This document shows, in pieces, positions 22,128 through 32,236 of a stretch of DNA of 64,000 bases. Location: assembly GCA_963759225.1 (NCBI GenBank), contig CAVWYL010000022.1, positions 311,642 through 375,641 of the forward strand. Reading direction: 5' to 3'. Made by a program: the position numbers and the translations under genes. This stretch comes from an uncultured Acidimicrobiales bacterium (GTDB lineage Bacteria > Actinomycetota > Acidimicrobiia > Acidimicrobiales > VFJN01). Within the stretch, counting starts at the first letter, position 1, and each line of letters opens with the position of its first letter. The notes under the pieces are model-generated. The model was not told where the DNA came from, did no database searches, and saw only the letters and a program-made list of their open reading frames with translations.

Positions 22128-22691
22128 TCAGGCGCCGGCGTGGGCCCGGTCCAGCGCGTGCTCGACCAGCGAGATCAGCACCGCGATGACCGTGTCCTCC
22201 TGCCGGGCATCGCAGGTCACGAGGGGCACGTCGGGGGCGAGGGCCAGCGCCGAGCGCAGCGACGCCTCGGAGTGGCGGGCGGCTCCGTCGAACAGGTTCA
22301 CGGCCACCACGAACGGGACGCCGCGGTCCTCGAAGAAGTCGATGGCACCGAAGGCGTCGGTCAGCCGGCGGGTGTCGATGAGCACGACCGCCCCCACCGC
22401 GCCCCGGGTCACGTCGTCCCACATGAACCAGAACCGGTCCTGGCCCGGCGTCCCGAACAGGTAGAGGACGAGCTCGCGGTCGATGGTGCGGCGGGCGAAG
22501 TCCATCGCCACGGTGGTGGTGCGCTTGGCGCCCACGCCCGACAGGTCGTCGACGCCCACCGAGAGCTGGGTCATCGCCGCCTCGGTGGTGAGGGGCGTGA
22601 TCTCGGACACCGCCCCGACGAAGGTCGTCTTGCCCACGCCGAAGCCGCCGGCGATGACGATCTTGACCGAGATCGGACCTTCCATAATCAC
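22128..22691 (-). CDS. cvnD: Conservon GTPase (MglA/Ras-like ATP/GTP-binding protein)
   Basis: 187-aa ORF with P-loop GGFGVGKTT, switch II FGTPGQDRF and VAVNLFDG. It is the last gene of the four-gene conservon arrangement. Confidence 0.88.
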   Translation of the reverse strand: MIMEGPISVKIVIAGGFGVGKTTFVGAVSEITPLTTEAAMTQLSVGVDDLSGVGAKRTTTVAMDFARRTIDRELVLYLFGTPGQDRFWFMWDDVTRGAVGAVVLIDTRRLTDAFGAIDFFEDRGVPFVVAVNLFDGAARHSEASLRSALALAPDVPLVTCDARQEDTVIAVLISLVEHALDRAHAGA

Positions 22692-22695
22692 CGTG

Positions 22696-23058
22696 TCACC
22701 GTGTCCTCAAACCGCTCAGGAGGCGCTCCAGCACCTCGGTCCGGAGGCGGCCGTCGCTCGTCACGGCCGGCCGGTGGATGGTCAACATGCCGTCCGCGTG
22801 CATGTCCGACACCAGCACACGGGCCACGCCGAGCGGCACCCTGAGCCGTGCGGCCACCTCGACCACGGAGATCGGTTCCAGGCACAGGTCGACGAGGCGG
22901 GCCTGCTCGAAGCGCAGGCGGGACCGGGAGGCGACACCCTGGTCGGTCGTGGTCACGAGGGTCTCGAGCCCGAGGTCCTGCCCATGTGACCGGGCGCGGC
23001 CGCCGGTGATGGCGTAGACGGGGACGACGCGGGGGTCGTTCCCGTCCCCGGGGATCAT
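22696..23058 (-). CDS. cvnC: Conservon DUF742 protein
   Basis: 120-aa ORF with VPVYAITGGR ... ISVVEVAARLRVPLGVARVLVSDM, a winged-helix-like DUF742 pattern. It overlaps the cvnB stop by 4 nt. Confidence 0.85.
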   Translation of the reverse strand: MIPGDGNDPRVVPVYAITGGRARSHGQDLGLETLVTTTDQGVASRSRLRFEQARLVDLCLEPISVVEVAARLRVPLGVARVLVSDMHADGMLTIHRPAVTSDGRLRTEVLERLLSGLRTR

Positions 23059-23438
23059 GGACCGGGTCGCATCGACAGCTCCGCCCGCAGCGCCGGGGTC
23101 AGGACCTGGCCGATGCGGGCGACGAGCATGCTCATCTCGTAGCCGATCAGGCCGATGTCACACTCCGCACCGCACATGACCGCCAGTGCCGATCCCTCGC
23201 TCACCGTGGTGACGAACAGGTAGCCCCCGTCCATCTCCACGATCACCTGGTTGACGTTGCCGGCGCCCATGTGGCGGGCGGCTCCGGCCGTCAGGCTCGT
23301 CAGCCCGGACGTGACGGCGGCCATCGTGTCGGCCGTGTCGCGTGCGAGCCGGTTGGACAGCGCCAGGACGAGCCCGTCGGTCGACAGGACGACCACGCTC
23401 TCCACCCCCGGGATCCGCTCGGCGAAACTGGTGATCAA
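23055..23438 (-). CDS. cvnB: Conservon roadblock/LC7-domain protein
   Basis: 127-aa ORF with GVESVVVLSTDGLVLA ... VIVEMDGGYLFV. The start is uncertain because the in-frame LPLADNSPDLDWL lies just upstream, after the kinase stop. Confidence 0.85.
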   Translation of the reverse strand: MITSFAERIPGVESVVVLSTDGLVLALSNRLARDTADTMAAVTSGLTSLTAGAARHMGAGNVNQVIVEMDGGYLFVTTVSEGSALAVMCGAECDIGLIGYEMSMLVARIGQVLTPALRAELSMRPGP

Positions 23439-23474
23439 CCAGTCGAGGTCGGGGCTGTTGTCGGCGAGCGGAAG

Positions 23475-25842
23475 TCACCTGGTCTCCTCGGGCGGGTGCC
23501 GGACCGGGGGATCAGCGGCGACCCGCCCGGCGTGCTGGCTGGCCTGGAAGCGTGACAGCATCGCCCGGACGCGGTCAACGTCACGGCCACCGCTGTCCGC
23601 GGCCGGGCTGGCATGCTCGGCGTCACGGCGGAGGGCCGGCGCCAGGTGGGAGCCCGGCACCCGGCGGGCGAGGCCGTCGCCGGGTGCGGGCGGGATGACC
23701 GGCGGTGCGGCCGGCGTCGCGGTCACGTCGACGGGCGCGGACCGGGCCCCGGGCGACGGCCACACGGAGCGACGCTCGGGGGTGGTCGTCTGGTCGGTGA
23801 CGACGAGGGCGGCCCACCACGTGGTCGTCGTGGCCGGCTCGGCCGGGGTGGCGGTGGGCGCCTGGTCGGGGGTGGCGGGCCCGCGGCGGGGCGTCGCGGG
23901 GACGTCGACCCAGTCGGCGACCGGCCCGAGCCGCGTGCCGGGCAGCACCGGATCGGCCACGGGTCCCATCCGGGGACGGGACAGGCCGGCCTCGGGGTCG
24001 CACCGGCCCGGCCGGCATCGGCGGCGAGCGTGAGCCAGCTCGGGTCGGCGGTCGGTGCGGGGCCGCCCGGGGTCGCGGGGGGCGCGAGCCGCCCCGGGAG
24101 GGCGGGCCGGCCGGGGTCGGTGGCGGCGGGCGGCGGCGCCTGCCGGGGACGGCGTCGTGGGGGCCGGCGGCGTCGCGGTGAGCCATTCGGGCACGGGCAT
24201 GGCCTCGAGCCACGCAGGCGCCTGCGCCGTGTGGGCGCGCTCCGGCAGGGCGTTCGGCTCGATCTCGGCCTCGAACCAGGGCCTCGCCGACAGCGCGGAG
24301 GCCGCGTTGGCGAGCTCGGGGCGTCGGCCCGCTCGTGCCGCTCCAGGCGAGGGCGGCCCGGTGGTAGCGGTCGGCGGCACCGATGGTGGGCGCGGGCGGC
24401 GGGGCGTCGGCCGGCCGATCGCTGATGAGCTCGCGGGGCAGGCTGACGAGGGCGGTGAGGCCGCCGCCGGGGGTCGGGGCGAGCCGGACGACCACGTCGT
24501 AGCGGTGGGCGAGCCGCGCCACGACGTGGAAGCCGAGCATCGTGGCCCGCCGCAGGTCGACCTCCGGCGCCTCGGCCAGCACCCTGTTGGCCGCCTGGAT
24601 GTCGTCGTCGGACATGCCGATGCCGATGTCCTCGATGGTGACGACGAACCGGGTGGCCTCGCCGGGGGAGAGGTGGCTGCGGATGCGCACCTCGGAGGTC
24701 GGCGGCGAGAAGGTGGTGGCGTTCTCGATGAGCTCGGCCAGCAGGTGGGCGAGGTCGGCCACGGCCCGGCCGGCCACGTCGATGTGGTCGTTGACCAGGA
24801 CCTCGACCCGGCGGTAGTCCTCGACCTCGGCGGCCGCGGCCCGCACGACGTCGGCCAGCGGGACCGGGTTGCCCCAGCGCCGCGGCGGGTCGTCGCCGGA
24901 CAGCACGAGCAGCGACTCCGCGTTGCGGCGGATGCGGGTGGCGAGGTGGTCGAGCCGGAACAGGTCCTCGAGCACGTCCGGCGTCTGCTCCCGCAGCTCG
25001 AGGTCGGTGATGACCTCGAGCTGGCGGTTGAGGAGCGACTGGTTGCGCCGGGCGAGGTTGACCAGCAGGCCGGACATGGCCTCCTGCCGCTCGCGCTCGG
25101 ACGCGGCGAGGTCGGCGGCCAGCCCGATGTTGTGCCGCTGCACGTCCTCGGTGTTCTTCCAGAACACGACGACACCGGCGCAGGCGGCCAGCACCGCCAC
25201 GCCGTGCACGAGCGCCCAGGTCCAGGGGCGGTTCTGGCCGGCGGTGTGGTTGAAGATGAGGTCGGCGGCGATCGAGCTGCCGCCCCAGTGGGACACCACC
25301 GTGAAGATCACGTTCCACAGGAACGGCACCCAGTCCTGGTAGAGGGCGATGAGGCCGATGAGGATGAAGAAGTGGAAGTGGGCCTCGATCATGCCGCCCG
25401 ACAGGTGGACGAGGACCACCGAGCAGTAGACGAGGCCGAACGTGGTGAAGAACGACGCGAGGCGGTGGCGCGGGGTGGCGACCCACGCGAACAGCACGGC
25501 GGCCGCGGGCACGGCGACCTCGACGGCCACGTGGCCGGGGTCGTAGCCGCGCACCACGCCGAGGATGAACAGGGCGGGGACGTGCGCCGCCAGGATCCAG
25601 CACAGGAGGTGGTGCCGGTGCCGGAACGTCCTCTCGTCGAGCGTGTTGCCCTTCGGGAGGTAGTCGATGACCGCTCGGACCGCCCGGGAGATGGCCCCGG
25701 GCGACCGGGCTTCGTCGACGGCGGGGGCCGCGGCCGGTGCCGACGCGGCCGCTCCCCCGGCGGTGTGCTTCGCCCGCCGTCGCTCTCTCTCCCGGACCCC
25801 GAGCGCGGCCTCTTGCGGGCCGCTCTGTGTCACCGTCCCCAT
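23475..25842 (-). CDS. cvnA: Conservon sensor histidine kinase-like ATPase with polytopic N-terminal membrane domain; at least one frame break
   Basis: ORF 23623..25842 carries multiple TM helices (HFHFFILIGLIALYQDW), a coiled linker and a HATPase core (LAELIENATTFSPP, IEDIGIGMS). The Pro-rich tail ends RVRAMLSRFQASQHAG in the frame of ORF 23475..25175. The switch is near 24300-24400. Confidence 0.8.
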
Positions 25843-25978
25843 TGGGGTTCAAGTGATAGCCGATTTCGCGCCCTCATGCCCCGCCACGGGCACATGTCAC
25901 CTGGGTAACTGCACAAGATGTAACGATTGTTACCGCTATCCCACGCATCCTGGCCGCCCGGGGGCGTAGAACGGGGCG

Positions 25979-27104
25979 ATGGAGCCGTCTCCGCTCGCCG
26001 TGCCCGCCGCCGACCTCGACGACCTGCGGGACCGCCTCCGCCGCACCCGCTGGCCCGAGGCCGAGACCGTCGACGACTGGTCGCAGGGCATCCCGCTCGC
26101 CTACGTGCGGGAGCTGTGCGCCCACTGGGCGGAGGCGTACGACTGGCGGGCCACCGAGGCGCGGCTCAACGCGCTCGGCCCGTTCCGCACCGAGGTCGAC
26201 GGCCTCGGCATCCACGGCCTGCACGTGCGCTCGCCGGAGCCGGGGGCCCTGCCGCTCGTGCTGACCCACGGGTGGCCGGGGTCGGTGGTCGAGTTCCTCG
26301 GGGTGATCGGTCCGCTCACCGACCCGGTGGCCCACGGCGGCGAGGCGTCCGACGCCTTCCACGTGGTGTGCCCCGCCCTGCCGGGCTACGGCTTCAGCGA
26401 CAAGCCGTCGGCGCCCGGGTGGAACGTCGAGCGCACCGCCCGGGCCTGGGCCGAGATCATGGCCCGGCTCGGCTACGACCGCTACGGCGCCCAGGGCGGC
26501 GACTGGGGCGCCATGGTGACCACCGCGCTCGGCGCACGCCGACCCGGACCGCGTGGCCGGCGTCCACGTGAACATGCCGGTGGCCACGCCGGTGGCGGGG
26601 GAGGGCGGCCTCGACGAGGAGGCGGTCCGGGCCCTGGCCGACTACGAGGAGCACCGGCGCTGGGGCACCGGCTACTCGAAGCAGCAGTCGACCCGGCCCC
26701 AGACCCTCGGCTACGGCCTCGTCGACTCGCCCGCCGGGCAGTGCGCGTGGATCGTCGAGAAGTTCTGGGCCTGGACCGACTGCGACGGGCATCCCGAGAA
26801 CGCGGTCGCCCGGGACACGCTGCTCGACAACGTGATGCTGTACTGGCTGCCGGGCGCCGGCGCGTCGTCCGCCCGCCTCTACTGGGAGAGCTTCCGGTCC
26901 CCGTCGCTCGAGGCGGTGACCGTGCCCGCCGGGGTCTCGGTCTTCCCCCGGGAGATCATGCGGACGCCCCGCGCCTGGGTCGAGGCGCGCTTCACCGACC
27001 TGCGGTGGTGGAACGAGCTCGACCGGGGCGGGCACTTCGCGGCCCTGGAGCAGCCGGCGCTGTTCGTGGACGAGCTCCGCAGCTTCTTCCGCCTGGTGCG
27101 GTGA
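25979..27104 (+). CDS. Epoxide hydrolase (alpha/beta fold with EH N-terminal domain); one frame break
   Basis: The N-terminal part of ORF 25979..28108 carries LTHGWPGSVVEF and GGDWGA. The C-terminal part is ORF 26553..27104 (YWESF..., ELDRGGHFAALEQP). The switch is near 26530-26555. Confidence 0.85.
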
Positions 27105-27134
27105 CGTCACGCGGCAGACCGGTAGAAAGGCCCG

Positions 27135-28097
27135 ATGACCACACGGGCGATCACGTTCGGGGCGTTCGTGCCCCAGGGCTGGAAGATGGAGCTGGCCGGC
27201 ATCGAGGGCGCCGACGCCAAGTGGGCGAAGGCGGTCGAGGTCGCAGTGCAGGCCGAGGCGCTCGGGTACGACTCGATCTGGGTCTACGACCACGTGCACA
27301 ACGTGCCTGTCCCGGCGCACGAGGCCGTGTTCGAGTGCTGGACCACGCTCGCCGCGCTCAGCCAGCGCACGACCCGGGTGCGGCTGGGCCAGATGGTCGG
27401 GTGCGCCTCGTACCGGAACCCGGCGCTGCTGGCCAAGATCGCGGCCAACATCGACGTGATCAGCGGCGGGCGTCTCGACTGGGGCGTCGGGGCCGGCTGG
27501 TACCAGCAGGAGTACGAGGCCTACGGCTACCCGTTCCCCCCGGCCCGCGACCGCATCGCCATGCTCGCCGAGACGGTCGAGATCGTGCGGTCGCTGTGGA
27601 CCGAGCCCGACACGACCTTCGCCGGCCGGCACTTCACGGTGCGGGACGCGCAGGGCGACCCCAAGCCGCTGCAGTCGCCGCACCCGCCGATCCTCGTCGG
27701 CGGCGGCGGCGAGCAGCTGACGCTGCGGGTGGTGGCCCGGCTGGCCGACCGGTCGAACTTCGGCGGCAACCCGGAGGAGTTCGCCCACAAGTGCGACGTG
27801 CTGCGCCGCCACTGCGACGCGGTCGGCCGGGACTACGACGAGATCGAGAAGACGTGGTCGCCCGAGATCTACGTGCGGGAGACCGAGGCGGAGCTGACCC
27901 TCCGCACGTCCACGTTCGGCGAGCCGTTCGAGAGCTGGCAGGCGGGCAACCTCGTGGGGACGCCCGAGCAGGTGATCGACAAGATCGGCCGCTACCGCGA
28001 GATGGGCGTCACGGCGTTCCTGCCGTGGTGCCGCGACTACCCGTCGACCGACACGCTGACGCTCGTGGCGGAGCAGGTGATTCCGAGCGTTCGCTGA
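27135..28097 (+). CDS. LLM-class (luciferase-like) F420-dependent oxidoreductase
   Basis: Intact 320-aa ORF with GYDSIWVYDH, RLGQMV, ISGGRLDWGVGAGW and the Rv1855c-type overall pattern. Confidence 0.85.
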   Translation: MTTRAITFGAFVPQGWKMELAGIEGADAKWAKAVEVAVQAEALGYDSIWVYDHVHNVPVPAHEAVFECWTTLAALSQRTTRVRLGQMVGCASYRNPALLAKIAANIDVISGGRLDWGVGAGWYQQEYEAYGYPFPPARDRIAMLAETVEIVRSLWTEPDTTFAGRHFTVRDAQGDPKPLQSPHPPILVGGGGEQLTLRVVARLADRSNFGGNPEEFAHKCDVLRRHCDAVGRDYDEIEKTWSPEIYVRETEAELTLRTSTFGEPFESWQAGNLVGTPEQVIDKIGRYREMGVTAFLPWCRDYPSTDTLTLVAEQVIPSVR

Positions 28098-28450
28098 GAG
28101 AACACTGAGAGTGACGTTCTTCACGTTTGGGAACGCGCAGAGTGATCGCTAGCCTGTACCGGACCTGACCGCCGGACGGCTGTCGGGCGGAAGCCACTCA
28201 CAGCTAGGGACGGCGTCACCTGACGCCCTGGGGCCTCGTGCTGGGGGTCTCGTGAGCGGGCTACGAGCAGCGACCGGTGGTCGCTCCTCCGCGCGCGCCC
28301 CGATGTCGCTGTGGCCGGCGACCCGGGAGGTGAGCGCCACGTGACAACCGAGCGATCCGCCACGTGCGCCACCGCACCGGGTGTCTCTGCACCCAACCCC
28401 GAGGCTCCTCCCCGCCCCACCGCGGGCCGGTGGGAGCCGCCCTACACATC

Positions 28451-29716
28451 ATGTCGGACCCTGTCCCGTACCCCCGCCGGCGCCTGTTCCGGCGGCTCTC
28501 GACGGCCGCGCTGGCGGCGACCGTCACCCTCGCCGGCGGCGCCGGCGTAGTCCCCGGGCCCTTCGGCGGCGACCCCGCCGACGCCCAGCCGGTCCCCGCC
28601 GGCTCGCCCGGGGTCACCCGCTACTTCGGCCGCGGCGCCTACGACGGCATCCGGGCCGCGGTGGCCGCCACGCCGCGGGCGTGCCCGCTGTCGGACGACG
28701 AGCTCACCGCGCTCGTCATGGCGCCGGTGTTCAAGGAGGTGTCGATGGCGGAGACGCCGGAGACCGCCCCCTCGCCCATGACGCTGTCGCGGTGGGACGA
28801 GTGGACCGGCGTGCTGTCCGGCTCCAACAACCTGAACGCCAACTACGGCCTCTATCCCTTCGCCGACCCCCACACCGCCTACCCCCGGGCCTACTGGACG
28901 CCGGGCATCGGGATCTTCCAGTACGACCCGGCCGGCGTGGGCGCCCCGTTCACGGCCGCCGAGCTCATGGACGTCCAGTACGTGGCGGGCGACGTGGCCG
29001 CCGGCATGGCCAACCGCTACTGCGCCGCCGGAGGCGACGGGTACGCCCAGCGGGCGGCGGCCTGGCAGCCGTGGCAGGCGCTCGGCGGCATCGCCAAGAG
29101 CGAGGCCCTGTTCCAGGAGATGGTCGGCATCGGCACCCCGCCGTTCTCGCGCATCGGCCTGGTCGACGGCATCGAGGTCGGCGGCGGGATGCAGGCCCGC
29201 ACCTGCATCCTCGGCGGGCAGGCGCAGCCCTGCTGGTACGTCGACCCCGCCCGGGCCCAGGGCGCCAACTGGTGGGCGCTCGACGACCCGACCGGCGGCG
29301 CCGTGGCATCCGGCGAGGCCCCGCTGCCCGCGCCGTTCTACGTGGTGAAGCGGAACGGGTACGAGGAACGCCACTTCATGGCCGTCGACACGGGCTACGG
29401 GGTGAACCTGGCCGGCAGCCGCCTGCTGGGCATGAACGCACGGCCCCGCGACGGGCAGCCCGGGTCCGGCGTGGCGTGGTCGCTGAACGCCACCGACCTG
29501 TGCGACACCGCCCGGCCCGAGATGGGCTGCACCCCGCCGCCGCCGGCGCCCGAGCCCGAGGCGGCCCCGGCCCCCACCGACGGCCCCGACGCGCCCGCGG
29601 CGGGTGCGGCGCCGGCGCCGCCGGCCCTGCCGGTCCCGCTGGCCGAGCTGCTGCACATGCCCTTCGACTTCGACGCGGCGCGGGAGCGGGACTTCCCGTT
29701 CGCCGAGGTCTTCTAG
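28451..29716 (+). CDS. Secreted protein of unknown function with Pro/Ala-rich C-terminal region
   Basis: ATG at 28451 with an Arg-rich signal (RRRLFRRLSTAALAATVTLAGGAG). High GC3 and no frame break. WTPGIGIFQYD and EVSMAETPE loosely recall lytic-transglycosylase motifs; this is unverified. Confidence 0.6.
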   Translation: MSDPVPYPRRRLFRRLSTAALAATVTLAGGAGVVPGPFGGDPADAQPVPAGSPGVTRYFGRGAYDGIRAAVAATPRACPLSDDELTALVMAPVFKEVSMAETPETAPSPMTLSRWDEWTGVLSGSNNLNANYGLYPFADPHTAYPRAYWTPGIGIFQYDPAGVGAPFTAAELMDVQYVAGDVAAGMANRYCAAGGDGYAQRAAAWQPWQALGGIAKSEALFQEMVGIGTPPFSRIGLVDGIEVGGGMQARTCILGGQAQPCWYVDPARAQGANWWALDDPTGGAVASGEAPLPAPFYVVKRNGYEERHFMAVDTGYGVNLAGSRLLGMNARPRDGQPGSGVAWSLNATDLCDTARPEMGCTPPPPAPEPEAAPAPTDGPDAPAAGAAPAPPALPVPLAELLHMPFDFDAARERDFPFAEVF

Positions 29717-29810
29717 GCGCCTGTATCACCTCGCGCGCCCGGCGACTCTCTAGGGGTGACGGAGTGCGGAACCACGACACGGGCGGCGGCCCGGACGTGA
29801 GGCGGGCGGG

Positions 29811-31196
29811 ATGCACGACAGCGTGGTCGTGCGTCCCGCGCCCCGCACGTCACCGGCCCTCGGGGCCGGCTCCGTAGGCTGGTCCCGAGTGAGACCGAGA
29901 CCCCCCACGCGCTTGTTGCTGGCCGGCGCGGCGTCGGCCCTGGCCACGGCCAACGCCCTCCGCCCGTTCGACCGGTTCGGGCCCGGGGCCGCGCCGTCGT
30001 TCGCCCAGGGTGTCCCGGTGTCGGAGCTGCCGCTGCACGCCGGGGCCGCGCAGGCGGCGGTCGGGCTGCTGCTGGCCCGGGGCGGGGGGCTCCGCGGGCT
30101 GCCGGGCCTGGCCGGCCTGGGGCTGTCGGTGGCGTCGGGCGCGGGGCTGTGGCGGCTGTACCGCGACGCCCAGGCGTCGGCGCAGGTGCTGGAGGAGGCG
30201 CTGGTCGAGGGCCTGGGCGCCGGCTACCGCGACCGCATCACCGCGCCCTACGCCCTCGCCCCCGACGTGCCCCTCACCCGGCGCTCGCTCGTGGTCCCGG
30301 ACGTCCGGGCCCGGCGGCGCTACGTGTCCAGGACCGGGCGGGACCTGTCCTACGGCGAGGCCGGCCGCCGCAACCGCCTCGACGTCTGGCGGCGGGCCGA
30401 CCTGCCGGCCGACGCCGGCGCCCCGGTGCTGCTGCAGATCCACGGTGGTGCCTGGGTGATGGGACAGAAGCAGGGGCAGGCCCACCCGCTCATGGCCCAC
30501 CTGGCCGAGCGCGGCTGGGTGTGCGCGACGATCAACTACCGGCTCAGCCCCCGCGCCACCTGGCCCGACCAGATCGTCGACGTGAAGCGGGCCATCGCCT
30601 GGGTCCGGGCCACCATCGCGGCCCACGGCGGCGACCCGGGGTTCCTCGCCGTCACCGGCGGGTCGGCCGGCGGGCACCTGACGGCCCTGGCCGCGCTGAC
30701 CCCCAACCTGCCCGACTACCAGCCCGGGTTCGAGGACGCCGACACCACCGTCCAGGCGGCCGTGCCGTTCTACGGCGTGTACGACTTCGCCGGGCGCCCG
30801 GCCTCGGCCAACCCGGGCCTGGAGCGGCTGCTGGCCCGCAGCGTGTTCAAGACGTCGCTCGACGACGACCGCGCCCGCTGGGAGCTGGCCTCGCCCGTCA
30901 GCCACGTCGGGCCGGAGGCACCGCCGTTCTTCGTCCTGCACGGCACCAACGACACGGTCGTGCCCGTGGAGGCGGCCCGCGACTTCGTCGGCCGGCTGCG
31001 GCCGGTGGCGTCCGCACCGGTGGTCTACGCCGAGCTGCCCCGGGCCCAGCACGCGTTCGACGTGCTCCCGTCGATCCGGGCCCACCACACCGTGCACGCC
31101 GTGGAGCGGTTCCTGGCCGTGGTCCGCAGCGATGCGGGACCCCCGGCCGCGGGGCCGGGCGCCGGGGCCGATGCCGCGGCCACGATGCCGGGTTGA
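29811..31196 (+). CDS. Membrane-anchored alpha/beta hydrolase (HGG-type esterase/lipase)
   Basis: Intact 461-aa ORF with hydrophobic N-terminal segments, oxyanion motif HGGAWVMG, nucleophile elbow GGSAGGH and a late HAF histidine. Confidence 0.85.
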   Translation: MHDSVVVRPAPRTSPALGAGSVGWSRVRPRPPTRLLLAGAASALATANALRPFDRFGPGAAPSFAQGVPVSELPLHAGAAQAAVGLLLARGGGLRGLPGLAGLGLSVASGAGLWRLYRDAQASAQVLEEALVEGLGAGYRDRITAPYALAPDVPLTRRSLVVPDVRARRRYVSRTGRDLSYGEAGRRNRLDVWRRADLPADAGAPVLLQIHGGAWVMGQKQGQAHPLMAHLAERGWVCATINYRLSPRATWPDQIVDVKRAIAWVRATIAAHGGDPGFLAVTGGSAGGHLTALAALTPNLPDYQPGFEDADTTVQAAVPFYGVYDFAGRPASANPGLERLLARSVFKTSLDDDRARWELASPVSHVGPEAPPFFVLHGTNDTVVPVEAARDFVGRLRPVASAPVVYAELPRAQHAFDVLPSIRAHHTVHAVERFLAVVRSDAGPPAAGPGAGADAAATMPG

Positions 31197-31249
31197 CATG
31201 ATGTCCGCCTCGCCGGGGGTGGACGGGCCCGCCGGCAGGAGGGACATCC

Positions 31250-32236
31250 ATGGCGAAGGGGCAGGAGGGCGGAACGCAGGTCCGGCGGGCGCGGTGGCGG
31301 GCCAGGCGCGGGGGCGGGACCGATGTCATCGACCTCGTCGACTCGCGCCTGCGCTACGTCGAGATCCACGGGTACCGGCGCGCCTACCGGATGGCGGGCA
31401 CCGGTCCGGCCCTGCTCCTGCTGCACGGCATCGGTGACAGCTCGGAGAGCTGGCTGCCGGTGTTCGACGCGCTGGCCCGCGACCACACGGTCATCGCCCC
31501 CGACCTGCTGGGGCACGGGGCGTCGGACAAGCCCCGGGCCGACTACGCGGTGGCGGCCTACGCCAACGGCATGCGCGACCTGCTGGACGTCCTCGGCGTC
31601 GAGCAGGTCACGGTCGTCGGCCACTCGCTGGGCGGCGGCGTGGCGGCCCAGATCGCCTACCAGTTCCCCGAGCGCTGCTCCCGGCTGGTGCTCGTGGCGA
31701 GCGGGGGCGCCGGCCGCGACGTGACCCCGCTGCTGCGGCTGGCCTCGGCGCCCTTCGCCGAGGTGTTCCTGGCCCCCCTGCACTGGTCGGTGACCCTGCC
31801 GGTGGTGCGGGGCGCCCTCGGCGTGCTCGGCCTGGTGGGCAACGACCTGGCCCGCGACCGCGAGCACGTGGCCCGCATCCTCGGCGGGCTCCCGGACGGC
31901 GACGCCCAGGTGGCCTTCACCCGCACGCTGCGGTCGGTGGTCGACTGGCGGGGCCAGGTGGTCACGCTGCTCGACCGCTGCTACCTGGCCGAGGGCGTGC
32001 CGGCCCTGCTGGTGTGGGGCGACCGCGACGGCGTGATCCCCGTCGACCACGCCCGCAGCGCGCAGGACGCGATGTCCGGCAGCCGCCTGGAGATCTTCGA
32101 GGGCGCCGGGCACTTCCCCCACCACGCCGACCCCGACCGGTTCGTGGCCCTGGTGCGCGAGTTCGTCGCCTCCACCCGGCCCGCGCGCTACGACCGGGAC
32201 CGCTGGCGGCGGTTGCTGCGGCGCGACGCGGGCTAG
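31250..32236 (+). CDS. Alpha/beta-fold hydrolase
   Basis: Intact 328-aa ORF with LLLLHGIGDS, the GHSLGG nucleophile elbow and GAGHFPH. Confidence 0.85.
   Translation: MAKGQEGGTQVRRARWRARRGGGTDVIDLVDSRLRYVEIHGYRRAYRMAGTGPALLLLHGIGDSSESWLPVFDALARDHTVIAPDLLGHGASDKPRADYAVAAYANGMRDLLDVLGVEQVTVVGHSLGGGVAAQIAYQFPERCSRLVLVASGGAGRDVTPLLRLASAPFAEVFLAPLHWSVTLPVVRGALGVLGLVGNDLARDREHVARILGGLPDGDAQVAFTRTLRSVVDWRGQVVTLLDRCYLAEGVPALLVWGDRDGVIPVDHARSAQDAMSGSRLEIFEGAGHFPHHADPDRFVALVREFVASTRPARYDRDRWRRLLRRDAG

Noticed and set aside
25979-28108. 709-aa ORF
   Set aside because: The first ~185 codons are the epoxide hydrolase N-terminus. After the frame break it reads out of frame through the rest of that gene and through the LLM oxidoreductase gene.
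28098-28450. Calling a c-di-AMP (ydaO) riboswitch as a feature
   Set aside because: Only scattered short matches were found, and the conserved blocks are not in the canonical order by eye. It is kept only as a low-interest finding that needs a covariance-model search.
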